A DNA stretch of 35,426 nucleotides, taken from a virus (Duplodnaviria; Caudoviricetes). Of the stretch, positions 8,967 through 17,626 are shown one piece after another. Each line of letters begins with the position of its first letter. The first letter of the stretch is position 1. The position numbers were made by a program, and so were the translations under genes. The notes under the pieces are model-generated. The model had not been told where the DNA came from. It worked only from the letters and a program-made list of their open reading frames with translations, and searched no databases. The stretch lies in the IMG/VR virus record IMGVR_UViG_3300017743_000047, positions 1-35,426 of that record; one strand, given 5' to 3'.

Positions 8967-10970
8967 TTATTGCTCTGAACCAGGGTTGTTATTGTTTTCT
9001 TCCTCCATAGAATCGCTCATTTGGTTAATAATGTTACCCAGTTGCATTACCTTTTCTTTTTCTTTAACTTTGGCGTTAGTACTAATCTCGTTTAAACCAG
9101 ATTTGAACTTCTCGACTTCTGTACGTTTTCTAGCAGAAACCTGCTCACGTTCAGATGTTTGTAAATCGCCACTTAGTTTCTTTACTTGATTTTCAAGCTG
9201 TGTAATATACTGTTGCATTTGTGCCATACGACCTTTTCTTTGAAGGACACCTTCTTTGTCAAAGATTTCGCTTTTCTTCAAAACCTCAACGTCATCTACC
9301 AGACCTAACTTATAAGCATCAAGGTACATATTGTATTCTGATACCTTATTGCTTGGCAAAGTTGAACCTGATATAATTCGAATATCATGCTGACCTAACT
9401 GAATATCATTCTGTAAAGTCGTTATTTCATTCGATTTATCATCATACAATCTCATATTAACTGAAAACTCAGTAATATCGTTATTCGGTTGTACAATTCT
9501 AAATGTTTTTGCAAATTTATAATGGTCTTTTGCTAAGTTATAAACTACTTGACCAACTTTTGATAAACTTGCTTCAATATCTCTTAATTTTGATTTACCT
9601 CTAGATTCTCCCATTTCAGATAAAAGCATTGTACCTCTTACTGATTCTGGAGCTGAGTCTTTAAATCCTTGTAATAACTCTGGAATACCAAAGTTTAAAT
9701 CTATATATTTTTCCACCCTATCAATTAAATAATAAAACTCACTAGTTAAAGGAGCTGGTTGCGGGTAATGTGGCTCACCAAACTCTGGGTTATATTCAAT
9801 AACCGCATTTGGATTAGCCCAATCTTTTTCTAACTGACTAACGCTATCAACACTACCCTCTGGAATTAAAAGTTTTAATCCAGCTGCAGATTGAGCGTGT
9901 GACAAGGTTAGAGAAAATAACTTATTTAAAAGTCTTTGGGAATCTTTAACCTTGTTCACATCTGATTTGGGATAGGGAGTATTAGTCCAAATGTTCGTAA
10001 ATGGAACAATTGGATATATATCAGTGTTTAGAATACGCTCATAAAGTAAAGTATCTCCAATGCTACTGCATTGAGCAATTCTTGTTTGCATAATCTCTTC
10101 TATTTCTAGAGCTCCAGATTCAAGGGTTTCTAAAGTTTCTGGCTGTTCTATTAGAATGCTATAAATTTCAGGGTCTATAATCTTTTCGCTTCCATCTATA
10201 GTGTTAAATAACCTATAGTACGGAACTTTTACTTTGTAAAATCTATCAAGTATTTGATATTTTTGATTTACATTGTAATCTAAATTTTGCGCTTCTGCGG
10301 GAGTTAGTACATTATTACTATTTTTTAAATTAGATGTAGGGTAATCTTCTCCGTACAAAGAATTGTTTCCTACTTCTATATCATCAATAAACTCTTTCAT
10401 TTCAGGATATAGGTCTAAAACTTGCTGCCTGGTTAAAAAGGTAGATAATATAATACCAGATGCGTCTGTAAAAAATCTATCTCTTGACGCAGGGTCTACA
10501 TACACCCTAAAAGGGTCCACGTGCGTATACTTAACTTCTCCTCTTCCATAGTCCGCTTCAGGGTCTACATATACATACATATATCCTAAGCCAGTAACAG
10601 CATAATCGTGAACAACTTGTTTGAAAGTACTATCTCCATTGGAGATATCCCATATATATTCAAGTATTGTTCTCCATATATTAGATAGTTTATTGTCAGA
10701 ATCTTCTCTTGCAATAACAGAAAACTTTGCTGGTCTTGCTGTAAGCAATGATTTTAATTTATCTACCGCAGCATAAACTCTATCTATAACAAAATCAGCT
10801 TGACCTACGGATTGTAGAGCATTTGATTCATCTTTTGTATAGTGATTTCCTAAAGTAAAATCTACCGCATTTCTTGCTTCGGCGTCCCATTGTTGTCGCG
10901 CGTCTCTCCACCTTCTAAACAATTCTTTTGTAATTTGAGGTTTTGATTTGTTTTCGTCGTAATTAGCCAT
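8967..10970 (-). CDS. Portal protein (P22-like)
   Basis: 667 aa after TerL. Motifs DYAVTGLGY, VDPFRVYVDP, YPIVPF and KDSQRLLNK, with a C-terminal coiled-coil barrel. Confidence 0.9.
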   Translation of the reverse strand: MANYDENKSKPQITKELFRRWRDARQQWDAEARNAVDFTLGNHYTKDESNALQSVGQADFVIDRVYAAVDKLKSLLTARPAKFSVIAREDSDNKLSNIWRTILEYIWDISNGDSTFKQVVHDYAVTGLGYMYVYVDPEADYGRGEVKYTHVDPFRVYVDPASRDRFFTDASGIILSTFLTRQQVLDLYPEMKEFIDDIEVGNNSLYGEDYPTSNLKNSNNVLTPAEAQNLDYNVNQKYQILDRFYKVKVPYYRLFNTIDGSEKIIDPEIYSILIEQPETLETLESGALEIEEIMQTRIAQCSSIGDTLLYERILNTDIYPIVPFTNIWTNTPYPKSDVNKVKDSQRLLNKLFSLTLSHAQSAAGLKLLIPEGSVDSVSQLEKDWANPNAVIEYNPEFGEPHYPQPAPLTSEFYYLIDRVEKYIDLNFGIPELLQGFKDSAPESVRGTMLLSEMGESRGKSKLRDIEASLSKVGQVVYNLAKDHYKFAKTFRIVQPNNDITEFSVNMRLYDDKSNEITTLQNDIQLGQHDIRIISGSTLPSNKVSEYNMYLDAYKLGLVDDVEVLKKSEIFDKEGVLQRKGRMAQMQQYITQLENQVKKLSGDLQTSEREQVSARKRTEVEKFKSGLNEISTNAKVKEKEKVMQLGNIINQMSDSMEEENNNNPGSEQ

Positions 10971-10996
10971 AAACTCCCAGTTTAATTTTTAATCTA

Positions 10997-11026
10997 AAAA
11001 TAAACAATTTTAGCTACTAAAGTCAA
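10997..11026 (-). promoter_or_regulatory. Sigma70-like promoter for the portal/capsid genes
   Basis: TTGACT-N18-TATTTT in the TerL-portal gap, followed by a GGGAG SD. Confidence 0.6.
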
Positions 11027-11034
11027 GACAAAAA

Positions 11035-12621
11035 TTATATTTTCTGTCCAGTAACCCAGTTTATGACTTGTTTTGCTTTACTTCCTTGTATTTTTTCTAT
11101 TCTGTCTTCTAGCTTTCCTGCGTCGATTGCAGAACTTTTTGGAGGCTTTGCTGTAGTGACAGCATACCAAAGACCGTCTAACAAGTCGTCATTTCTACCT
11201 TTTGGAAACTCAAACATTTCGTCGACTAAGTTAGCATGTTCTTTTTTTATAAACAATTTTCTTCTGTTAACTATAGGACAAAGTAACGCTTCTAACCTAT
11301 CTTCTTTTTTTATACCAGCAGGAGGTCTTACTCCTTGAGACAATCCTGGAGCAAGCTTTCTTTCTTTTCCAACCAGTTGATTAACATAATCTTTTACCAG
11401 TCCCTGCGCACCAACTTTTTCTACATTTACTCTTCTTACTGGATGAAACTCTTTTGCCATGTCTACAATTTTTTTAGGCATATCATACAAAGGAGAATGT
11501 TCTCTATAATAATCAACTACATATATATTTCTATCACTATCAATGGCAATTACCATTATAACCTGATAGTCACTTCTTGCATTAGCTTCATAAGCTAAGT
11601 CAACTCCCATGTATACATTTACTGGAATAGCAGACTCGTCAACCATCATATAATTAAATCCATTTCTCTCTACAAGATTTCCTTTATAATAATTTATTCT
11701 GTCAATATGAAACTTCGCGCTTTCTAAATCTCTAGCTTCATTTAGATATTCTTGAGCAAACTTATGTACAAGTCCCATTTCTGTGAACCTTCTTTTTATA
11801 TCTATAAGTTTTTGTTTTGTAAAATAACTAGGCCATAAAGGAGTGTCGTCTACTATAGCTTTTTTGTATAGTACTTGCCAAGCAGACTTTCTTTTTTCTT
11901 TTTCAGCATCTAGCCATCCATCATATACGCCTTGAAGAAAAGAGTCATAATGGACTATTGTACCAATAAGCCATATTGAACCTTCGTTTTCTTTGGAGTT
12001 TTCTAATGCGGGTTCTACTGTAGACATTACCCATTCTTTTATCTCTCTTCTTCTATCTGGTGTTTTAGTATTTAACTCTGATTCAAAGTCGTCAAGGATA
12101 ATATTAGTATATCTAAGACCTAACTGTGAACGACCACGCAATCTTTGACTAGTACCTTTAGCTATAATTCTATCTCCTCTAGCTGTGGTAAATTCTTTTT
12201 CAGTCCATTTACTTCCTTTTAAGTCTCCAAAGTAATATTGTAATGCAGGGTTTACGTCTATATGATTTTGTATGTATTTAATATGGTCAATAGCTTGAGA
12301 TTGTTCTTCTGAAACCCAGGCGATAAATTGTTTCTTTTCTGGAGGAGAGAAATATAGTTGATGTAATAAAGCTGTTTTTGCTAAAGTAGATTTTGCATGA
12401 CCTCTGGGAAGTATTATACATATACGCTTCTCATCTCCTAGAAGTATATCACTTAACTGATATTGATATGGAGCAGGAGTTGATTTCATAAAATCTTCTG
12501 GTAAAAACATTTGACCAAAAGTAACTATGTCTTTTTTTGCCAACTCTAAAGCCTTTTCTTTCTGAGAAAGGTCTGGTGGTATTATATTAAAATTCTCTGG
12601 ATTCTTGGTATTCTTTTTCAT
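11035..12621 (-). CDS. terL: Terminase large subunit
   Basis: Walker A PRGHAKST, Walker B IILDDFE, FAQEYLN, and nuclease motifs GVDLA and NDDLLDGL. Confidence 0.95.
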   Translation of the reverse strand: MKKNTKNPENFNIIPPDLSQKEKALELAKKDIVTFGQMFLPEDFMKSTPAPYQYQLSDILLGDEKRICIILPRGHAKSTLAKTALLHQLYFSPPEKKQFIAWVSEEQSQAIDHIKYIQNHIDVNPALQYYFGDLKGSKWTEKEFTTARGDRIIAKGTSQRLRGRSQLGLRYTNIILDDFESELNTKTPDRRREIKEWVMSTVEPALENSKENEGSIWLIGTIVHYDSFLQGVYDGWLDAEKEKRKSAWQVLYKKAIVDDTPLWPSYFTKQKLIDIKRRFTEMGLVHKFAQEYLNEARDLESAKFHIDRINYYKGNLVERNGFNYMMVDESAIPVNVYMGVDLAYEANARSDYQVIMVIAIDSDRNIYVVDYYREHSPLYDMPKKIVDMAKEFHPVRRVNVEKVGAQGLVKDYVNQLVGKERKLAPGLSQGVRPPAGIKKEDRLEALLCPIVNRRKLFIKKEHANLVDEMFEFPKGRNDDLLDGLWYAVTTAKPPKSSAIDAGKLEDRIEKIQGSKAKQVINWVTGQKI

Positions 12622-12994
12622 AGACTCTGTCCATCATTGTTAACGTTTTAGGTGAAAGCCAATCTCCATCTGGTACCTCTGTAAACATACTAGAACTTTG
12701 CCATAACAAAGGTCCAGCTACATATATCCAGCATTTTTCTTTTTCTTTTGTATCATCTAGTACTATGTTAGCTGTTGTTCTTATATAAAGACCGTTTTCT
12801 GTAGACTCGTAAGTATCATACATATTCAAATCTTCTTCTGTAGCTTCGAACACTTCTACTACAGCTCCTTTTCCATTTTTGTTCTTAATTAAAGCTGGAA
12901 AATTTTTATGTCCAGGAAAAACAAGACTAAAGCCTTCTACTTTACCAGTCTCTTCAAAACCTCTTCTTAATGTTCCATATACTGCTAGCCTCAT
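12587..12994 (-). CDS. Gamma-glutamyl cyclotransferase (GGCT/AIG2-like)
   Basis: N-terminal LAVYGTLRRG, catalytic-type YDTYE...LYIR, and CWIYV and PDGDW motifs. Confidence 0.9.
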   Translation of the reverse strand: MRLAVYGTLRRGFEETGKVEGFSLVFPGHKNFPALIKNKNGKGAVVEVFEATEEDLNMYDTYESTENGLYIRTTANIVLDDTKEKEKCWIYVAGPLLWQSSSMFTEVPDGDWLSPKTLTMMDRVYEKEYQESREF

Positions 12995-13218
12995 GCATTG
13001 CCTACCTGTTCTGGTATACCTACATCTGTTATTCCAAAAGATGTGTTATATACTGTTAAGCAATTAAAGCATTTTATATGAGTTGTATCTTCTTTTCTTT
13101 TGCTGTATAAAAATACAGCTGTTTTACTAAGACGATGATGACATATATAACAACGATTATTTTTCGTTATCTTTTTTAACTTCCGCCAGTTTTTTGTGTT
13201 GGGACCCTTGAATTGCAT
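12991..13218 (-). CDS. Small Zn-finger protein
   Basis: CYIC...CFNC. AAGGAG SD inside the TerS 3' end; ATGA overlap with the GGCT gene. Confidence 0.7.
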   Translation of the reverse strand: MQFKGPNTKNWRKLKKITKNNRCYICHHRLSKTAVFLYSKRKEDTTHIKCFNCLTVYNTSFGITDVGIPEQVGNA

Positions 13219-13918
13219 TTAATTGCTCCTTTGTAAAGCCTTGGAATAACGTTAAAGACTCTGTAGTCTTTTCCGTGTCCATCATTCCAGATATCTTCAT
13301 TAATGTTGTTATTGCTGTAATCTTATCTCTATCCGAAGAGCCTCCTTTATCTATAATATCTCTCATCTCTTCTAACAGATAATTGGGAGTAATCTCCGCT
13401 TCATTCAAGTATTTGTCTATTTCTTCTCTAATCAAGTTTTTCACCCTGTCTGTTTTTAATAATAATTTTGCTTGTGATTTAGCATAATTTTCGTTTTTAC
13501 TAGGAAACGCTTTCATATAAGCTTCAACCACATCGTCTCCTTTTGCAACATACTTTCCAAATAAAAACTCTTTATCTGTAGCATGTTTTCTGTTTTTCTT
13601 CCTAACAGAAGGAGATTCTCCTGCTGTAGAAAATGTATGCATATTTGTTTTCATATCACCTTCTATCATAACAGAGGGATTACAAACATAAGAACCCATT
13701 ATACTTCTTATAAACGATGTTTCTTTTTTTCTGTCTTTCTTTTTAAGTATTCCAAGAAATAATACTTGACATACTTGACCATCGTCAGTTTGTATCCAGT
13801 CTCCCTTATTTGAGTGACGCCAATCTGTAACCAAAGCAACACCTTCGTGATGCTCTCGAAACTCATTGACGTCATCATACAAATAATGAGTAACGCCTTT
13901 TACAATACGTTCTCTCAT
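13157..13918 (-). CDS. terS: Terminase small subunit with an extra N-terminal domain
   Basis: HTH-like FGKYVAKGDDVVEAYMKAF...AKLLLK and oligomerisation helices DKITAITTLMKISGM. Upstream of TerL. Confidence 0.7.
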   Translation of the reverse strand: MRERIVKGVTHYLYDDVNEFREHHEGVALVTDWRHSNKGDWIQTDDGQVCQVLFLGILKKKDRKKETSFIRSIMGSYVCNPSVMIEGDMKTNMHTFSTAGESPSVRKKNRKHATDKEFLFGKYVAKGDDVVEAYMKAFPSKNENYAKSQAKLLLKTDRVKNLIREEIDKYLNEAEITPNYLLEEMRDIIDKGGSSDRDKITAITTLMKISGMMDTEKTTESLTLFQGFTKEQLNAIQGSQHKKLAEVKKDNEK

Positions 13919-13925
13919 AACTTAA

Positions 13926-14159
13926 CTATTTTTCCTCGTTATCGTCAACGTCTTTTTCAAGTTCGTCAATAACAAATCTAACATAGTTATTAGCAAGGAA
14001 TCTTACCTCATTTGCTTCTCTGTCTAATCTCATTAGCTTTGAAGCAAGTTCATTTGCTCTTGAATACTGAGCTTTAGCTTCATCTGACAAGTCAGACATA
14101 TAGAACTTAATCTCTTTACCTTCGCTCATTATTACTAGTTGTTCTTCTTTATTAGCCAT
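13926..14159 (-). CDS. Hypothetical coiled-coil protein
   Basis: 77 aa with a GGAGG SD. Confidence 0.75.
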   Translation of the reverse strand: MANKEEQLVIMSEGKEIKFYMSDLSDEAKAQYSRANELASKLMRLDREANEVRFLANNYVRFVIDELEKDVDDNEEK

Positions 14160-14171
14160 TCTTCCTCCTAA

Positions 14172-14897
14172 TTACAGTGGTCTAACCATTGGTGGTGCAT
14201 ATTCTTCTAGTTTTCTATGCAGTTTTTCTAATATTACTACATCTGCTACGTTATGGTCATAAACATATTTCATAGCTTTCTCATCGCCCCAACGTGCTTT
14301 TTGCCACATTTCTGGTTTTACTCTGGTTTTACCAGCAATACCAAAAAACTCTGTAGCTGCCATTAATGACGAGCGATGTAGTTTTAATTTAGATTTTACC
14401 ACATAATATAGGTCTTTGTGTGATTTTTGCCTATATAGCGGGAAGAATGTTTTATGATACAATGCACGTGTTCTAATAAACGGAATATCAAATCTAGTTC
14501 CGTAGTATGTAAATATTACATCGTATTTATTCATTTCTTCTACTAGAAGCTCTACAATACGAGCATCTTGTTTTTCAGACATAAGCTCTTGTCTTGTAAT
14601 CTTAGCTCCTGCTACTTTCTTATTACCTCTACCTTTAATACACCAAGATAACATAACATCGATATTAGCACTAAATCCAGTAGATTCAATGTCTAAATAT
14701 CCTATTGTCATTTCGTGTCCAGTTGTATATCTAGTAGGCTTCCTTAATCCCAAGGATTCTATTTTTCTAGATACTGCTTTATATGTTCTATTATATCCAG
14801 CAATACGTATTTCTTGATACAGTACGAATGCAGACTTAGCACTTCTCCCGTACTGGTCCAATATTCTTATTTCATCGTCTGTCCATCTTACAGCCAT
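14172..14897 (-). CDS. RNase H-fold 3'-5' exonuclease (YprB/RNase_H_2-like) with N-terminal HTH
   Basis: YLDIESTG, YYGTRFDIPF, HKDLY and YDHNVADV. Start placed at the TAATG-coupled ATG 14897 (the track uses 14909). Confidence 0.85.
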   Translation of the reverse strand: MAVRWTDDEIRILDQYGRSAKSAFVLYQEIRIAGYNRTYKAVSRKIESLGLRKPTRYTTGHEMTIGYLDIESTGFSANIDVMLSWCIKGRGNKKVAGAKITRQELMSEKQDARIVELLVEEMNKYDVIFTYYGTRFDIPFIRTRALYHKTFFPLYRQKSHKDLYYVVKSKLKLHRSSLMAATEFFGIAGKTRVKPEMWQKARWGDEKAMKYVYDHNVADVVILEKLHRKLEEYAPPMVRPL

Positions 14898-15256
14898 TAC
14901 TTGCCCCATTTGTTTTGTTTAACTATCAATGCCATTACTGCATAAACTGAAATATCTAAGAAAGCATCTTCTATTGGTTCGTTTTTTGCTTTCATATTAT
15001 GGTTTGTTGACAAATTGATTAGTCTGTTTATCTTATCATTAAGCCTTACAATTATACCAAATAAGGCTGTATTGACTTCTTTTTCGTTTTTCAACGTGGT
15101 ACCCATAGCAATATTGCCAGGACCATAATCAAACTGTTTCTTACAAAATGTTAAGTACATTTCATTTAAAAGAGTCTGAAATTCTTTTTCGGTTGAAGGA
15201 TAGTTATCTTTTATATACGATACTATATCTTCTTTTGTACTAGTTTTCTGATTCAT
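14897..15256 (-). CDS. Nucleotide-modification-associated domain 1 (Nmad1/DUF1599-like, MazG-type helical fold)
   Basis: KKQFDYG...VRLNDKINRL...EPIEDAFLDISVYAVM. A GGAGGA SD precedes ATG 15256. Confidence 0.8.
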   Translation of the reverse strand: MNQKTSTKEDIVSYIKDNYPSTEKEFQTLLNEMYLTFCKKQFDYGPGNIAMGTTLKNEKEVNTALFGIIVRLNDKINRLINLSTNHNMKAKNEPIEDAFLDISVYAVMALIVKQNKWGK

Positions 15257-15425
15257 CTGGAAAATCCTCCGTATCTTTGACATCTTCTAATTCACGTATT
15301 AGTTTATCCCAATTAAGGTTTTGACGTATTTTTTCTAATTCATCTAGTTCTTGCTGTAATCGTTGCACTAATGCAGTATTACCCTGTTCTTTTGCCTTTA
15401 AGATTGCTTTTTTGATGTCTTCCAT
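15240..15425 (-). CDS. Hypothetical coiled-coil protein
   Basis: 61 aa with an AGGAG SD; overlaps both neighbours. Confidence 0.7.
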   Translation of the reverse strand: MEDIKKAILKAKEQGNTALVQRLQQELDELEKIRQNLNWDKLIRELEDVKDTEDFPDESEN

Positions 15426-15718
15426 AGATACTCTCCTACTCCTAGTTGAAATAATCCGTTTGATATAGCGTCAATTAAGCCTTCTTTGTGTTCTAGTCCA
15501 TAATTATAGAATATAGCGTGTAATACCTCGTGTACTAGCGTTTCTTGCTTTCTTGATTCGTGTATTTCATTGTTGATAAGTATGATATTGTCTTTTACCA
15601 TATGTCTTCCATATAGTTCTTTACTTGCATCTTCATGCGTAAGTGGTAATTCTACTATCTTGTAATGGTGACCTCCAATAGTCAGTTCCATTGCTTTTTT
15701 TGTTTCTTTTTTACTCAT
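15398..15718 (-). CDS. Zincin-like metallopeptidase
   Basis: ETLVHEVLHA (HEXXH). First gene of the leftward operon; GGGAG SD. Confidence 0.8.
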   Translation of the reverse strand: MSKKETKKAMELTIGGHHYKIVELPLTHEDASKELYGRHMVKDNIILINNEIHESRKQETLVHEVLHAIFYNYGLEHKEGLIDAISNGLFQLGVGEYLWKTSKKQS

Positions 15719-15748
15719 AATACTCCCATAGTAATTAATTGTGTATGC

Positions 15749-15778
15749 AAATTAACTATAAACTGCTACACAAGTCAA
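15749..15778 (-). promoter_or_regulatory. Leftward promoter
   Basis: TTGACT-N18-TAATTT, 30 nt upstream of ATG 15718. Confidence 0.6.
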
Positions 15779-15887
15779 ATATTTTTTTAAAAAACCGCAC
15801 GACACGTCAATAACTCAATGTTCTAGACTCTAATGCTCTTGATTTTGCTAGAAATCTAAAAAATATTAACAAGATGAAAGAAATATA

Positions 15888-15917
15888 TTGACTCAAACAA
15901 GGCAAACACTATAACTT
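15888..15917 (+). promoter_or_regulatory. Possible rightward promoter with no nearby ORF
   Basis: TTGACT-N18-TAACTT (or N16-TATAAC). Confidence 0.4.
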
Positions 15918-16270
15918 TAACAGTCCGAAGGACGAAAAAAAACACTAATGTTCGTGCTTAAAGAATAATTAAGAATATTAAATCTATATCTTAAATAATG
16001 CTCGGTGTTCTAGAGAGGGTCTAATCGAAAAATTTTTTCCAAAATTATTCTAGTCGTCGTTTTTTATCACCTCACCAGTTTTATCCCAAAATTCCAACCC
16101 TTGTTGAAAAATAGCAGGATTTTGTGTGTGGCTTTTGTTTCATAAGTGGCGGCGGGTCTTTTTCCAGATTGAAAATTCTAGATTTGGTTGAAAATTTGGT
16201 TTTTGGTTATATATGTTGATTTTTTTAATTAATTAGACGACAACTTTTTTAATTATTTTTTAAATAATCC

Positions 16271-16299
16271 TTGACTTTAATTTATAGAGTATGTACTTT
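16271..16299 (+). promoter_or_regulatory. Early promoter
   Basis: TTGACT-N17-TACTTT with an AT-rich upstream element. Confidence 0.7.
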
Positions 16300-16340
16300 G
16301 TGTTATGTTAATAATAACTAATAAAATGAAAGGATATACA

Positions 16341-16577
16341 ATGACTAAGAAAGACTATGAAGCAATAGCTGACTGTTTTCACCCGTTCACTGACAAAGCG
16401 GATGGTATTAGAATGATTGGTTCGGCTACTGCTTTCGCGGCTATGTTAATACAATACTTTGAGGATGACAACCCAAGATTTGATAGAACCAAGTTCTTGA
16501 AATGGGCGGGCTTCAACCTTGAACAATGCGAAGACATTAGCGATATGATAGACTGGAAAGATGAAGATAGAGAGTAA
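16341..16577 (+). CDS. Early phage protein (MTKKDY...DNPRFD type)
   Basis: GAAAGGA SD before ATG 16341. The FEDDNPRFDRTKF motif is recalled from many phage early regions. Confidence 0.8.
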   Translation: MTKKDYEAIADCFHPFTDKADGIRMIGSATAFAAMLIQYFEDDNPRFDRTKFLKWAGFNLEQCEDISDMIDWKDEDRE

Positions 16578-16625
16578 CAACAACGGCGGGGCTTCGGCCC
16601 CGTCACAACCGAAAGGAAACTAAAA

Positions 16626-16781
16626 ATGGGAATATTAATAATGTATGCAGTGGTTATGACTGTTTGGGCACTTGGTATGACAATAGAATATACAAAGGCT
16701 ACGAGTTATATAGAAGGCTACGAAGATGGATACAAATGTAATTGTTCATCTGAGGATTGTCCAGATTCTTACAAATCATAA
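16626..16781 (+). CDS. 51-aa membrane-anchored micro-protein
   Basis: Hand translation: MGILIMYAVVMTVWALGMTIEYTKATSYIEGYEDGYKCNCSSEDCPDSYKS. GAAAGGA SD; followed by a terminator. Confidence 0.7.
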   Translation: MGILIMYAVVMTVWALGMTIEYTKATSYIEGYEDGYKCNCSSEDCPDSYKS

Positions 16782-16789
16782 ACAAAGAT

Positions 16790-16824
16790 GCCTTGGGTAT
16801 AAAAACCTGGGGCTTTCTTTTTTT
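16790..16824 (+). terminator. Rho-independent terminator
   Basis: GCCUUGGGU/ACCUGGGGC stem with G-U pairs, followed by UUUCUUUUUUU. Confidence 0.7.
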
Positions 16825-16828
16825 GGTA

Positions 16829-16898
16829 TATATAAAAAAATCAACAGCTCTAGAGCTTGACTATCGTCCCTCAGTCAAGCTCTAACCCCCGACGATAT
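16829..16898 (+). repeat. Hairpin element, copy 1
   Basis: TATAAAAAAATCA..CTCTA-GAGCTTGACT-N10-AGTCAAGCTC-TAA-CCCCCGACGATAT. Confidence 0.75.
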
Positions 16899-16931
16899 CC
16901 TAGATTTTAGGGGCTAGATTCCTAGCCCCTA

Positions 16932-16970
16932 GAGAATACCCCGAGCCGACTAAACTCGGGGATTTTTGTT
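16932..16970. terminator. Probable bidirectional terminator
   Basis: CCCCGAG/CTCGGGG stem (16939-16961). T-rich tail on the plus strand and TATTCT on the minus strand. Lies just after the stop of the minus-strand gene. Confidence 0.65.
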
Positions 16971-17332
16971 TATACTTCGATAGACTCAATTTTAAAACTG
17001 AGTCTTGGATAACAATCAACGTCTTTTTTTTCGCCATCAATTGTTTTCTTTTTGGAATATACAAAGTTGTCTTTGTAATTACGTATTAATTCGTTCCCTT
17101 CTGTAACGTTTAACACGTCCTTATTGTTTACGATTTCGACTAAACGATTCATATCTTTTTGAACCGCTTTATCGTCTTGAGATGCTAAAACCTTGGACGC
17201 GTTCTCAAGGATACGCCCTTCGTTAGATGATGCTTCAAGAACTTCTATGTCCATAGCTTTTAATTGTTCTTGTGTCAAACCTGTCTTAGCTAAGAGTTTG
17301 GCAAAAGCATCTGTTTTTAACTTGTTACTCAT
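16970..17332 (-). CDS. Lone counter-oriented gene in the early region (candidate regulator)
   Basis: 120-122 aa with its own promoter and terminator. The N-terminus LLAKTGLTQEQL is weakly HTH-like. Confidence 0.7.
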   Translation of the reverse strand: MSNKLKTDAFAKLLAKTGLTQEQLKAMDIEVLEASSNEGRILENASKVLASQDDKAVQKDMNRLVEIVNNKDVLNVTEGNELIRNYKDNFVYSKKKTIDGEKKDVDCYPRLSFKIESIEV

Positions 17333-17338
17333 ACCCAT

Positions 17339-17367
17339 AAATTGACGATTTTAAACATTAGAGTCAA
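17339..17367 (-). promoter_or_regulatory. Promoter, probably producing a leaderless mRNA
   Basis: TTGACT-N17-CAATTT-N6-ATG(17332); no SD. Confidence 0.5.
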
Positions 17368-17423
17368 GGAATATTCGCATATTTATCAAGATTTCTTCTT
17401 GACCGAACGACGATAATTTTTTT

Positions 17424-17498
17424 TTATAAAAAATCAGAGCTAGACTCTAACTCTAGAGCTAGACTAAATTAAGTCTAGCTCAGTTCCCCCGACAATAT
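17424..17498 (+). repeat. Hairpin element, copy 2
   Basis: TATAAAAAATCA..CTCTA-GAGCTAGACT-N6-AGTCTAGCTC-AGTT-CCCCCGACAATAT. Confidence 0.75.
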
Positions 17499-17509
17499 AG
17501 ACTATGCTG

Positions 17510-17551
17510 GACAATTGAGTTCTAGGTATTGTCGCTAAAATTTTGTAAGTT
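17510..17551 (+). promoter_or_regulatory. Second-class promoter A
   Basis: TAGGTA-N17-TAAGTT; aligns without gaps to 21731-21772. Confidence 0.5.
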
Positions 17552-17626
17552 TGGGCATGAGAAAAAACCCGATAGCAACCAAGCCAGCGACGATTTCAGG
17601 CGTAGCGTCGGGAGAAAGGAAATAAT

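Noticed and set aside
15921-15940. GTCC-GAA-GGAC-GAAA resembling hammerhead ribozyme stem II
   Set aside because: The required CUGANGA core is absent (TTTAACA instead), and no stems I or III were found.
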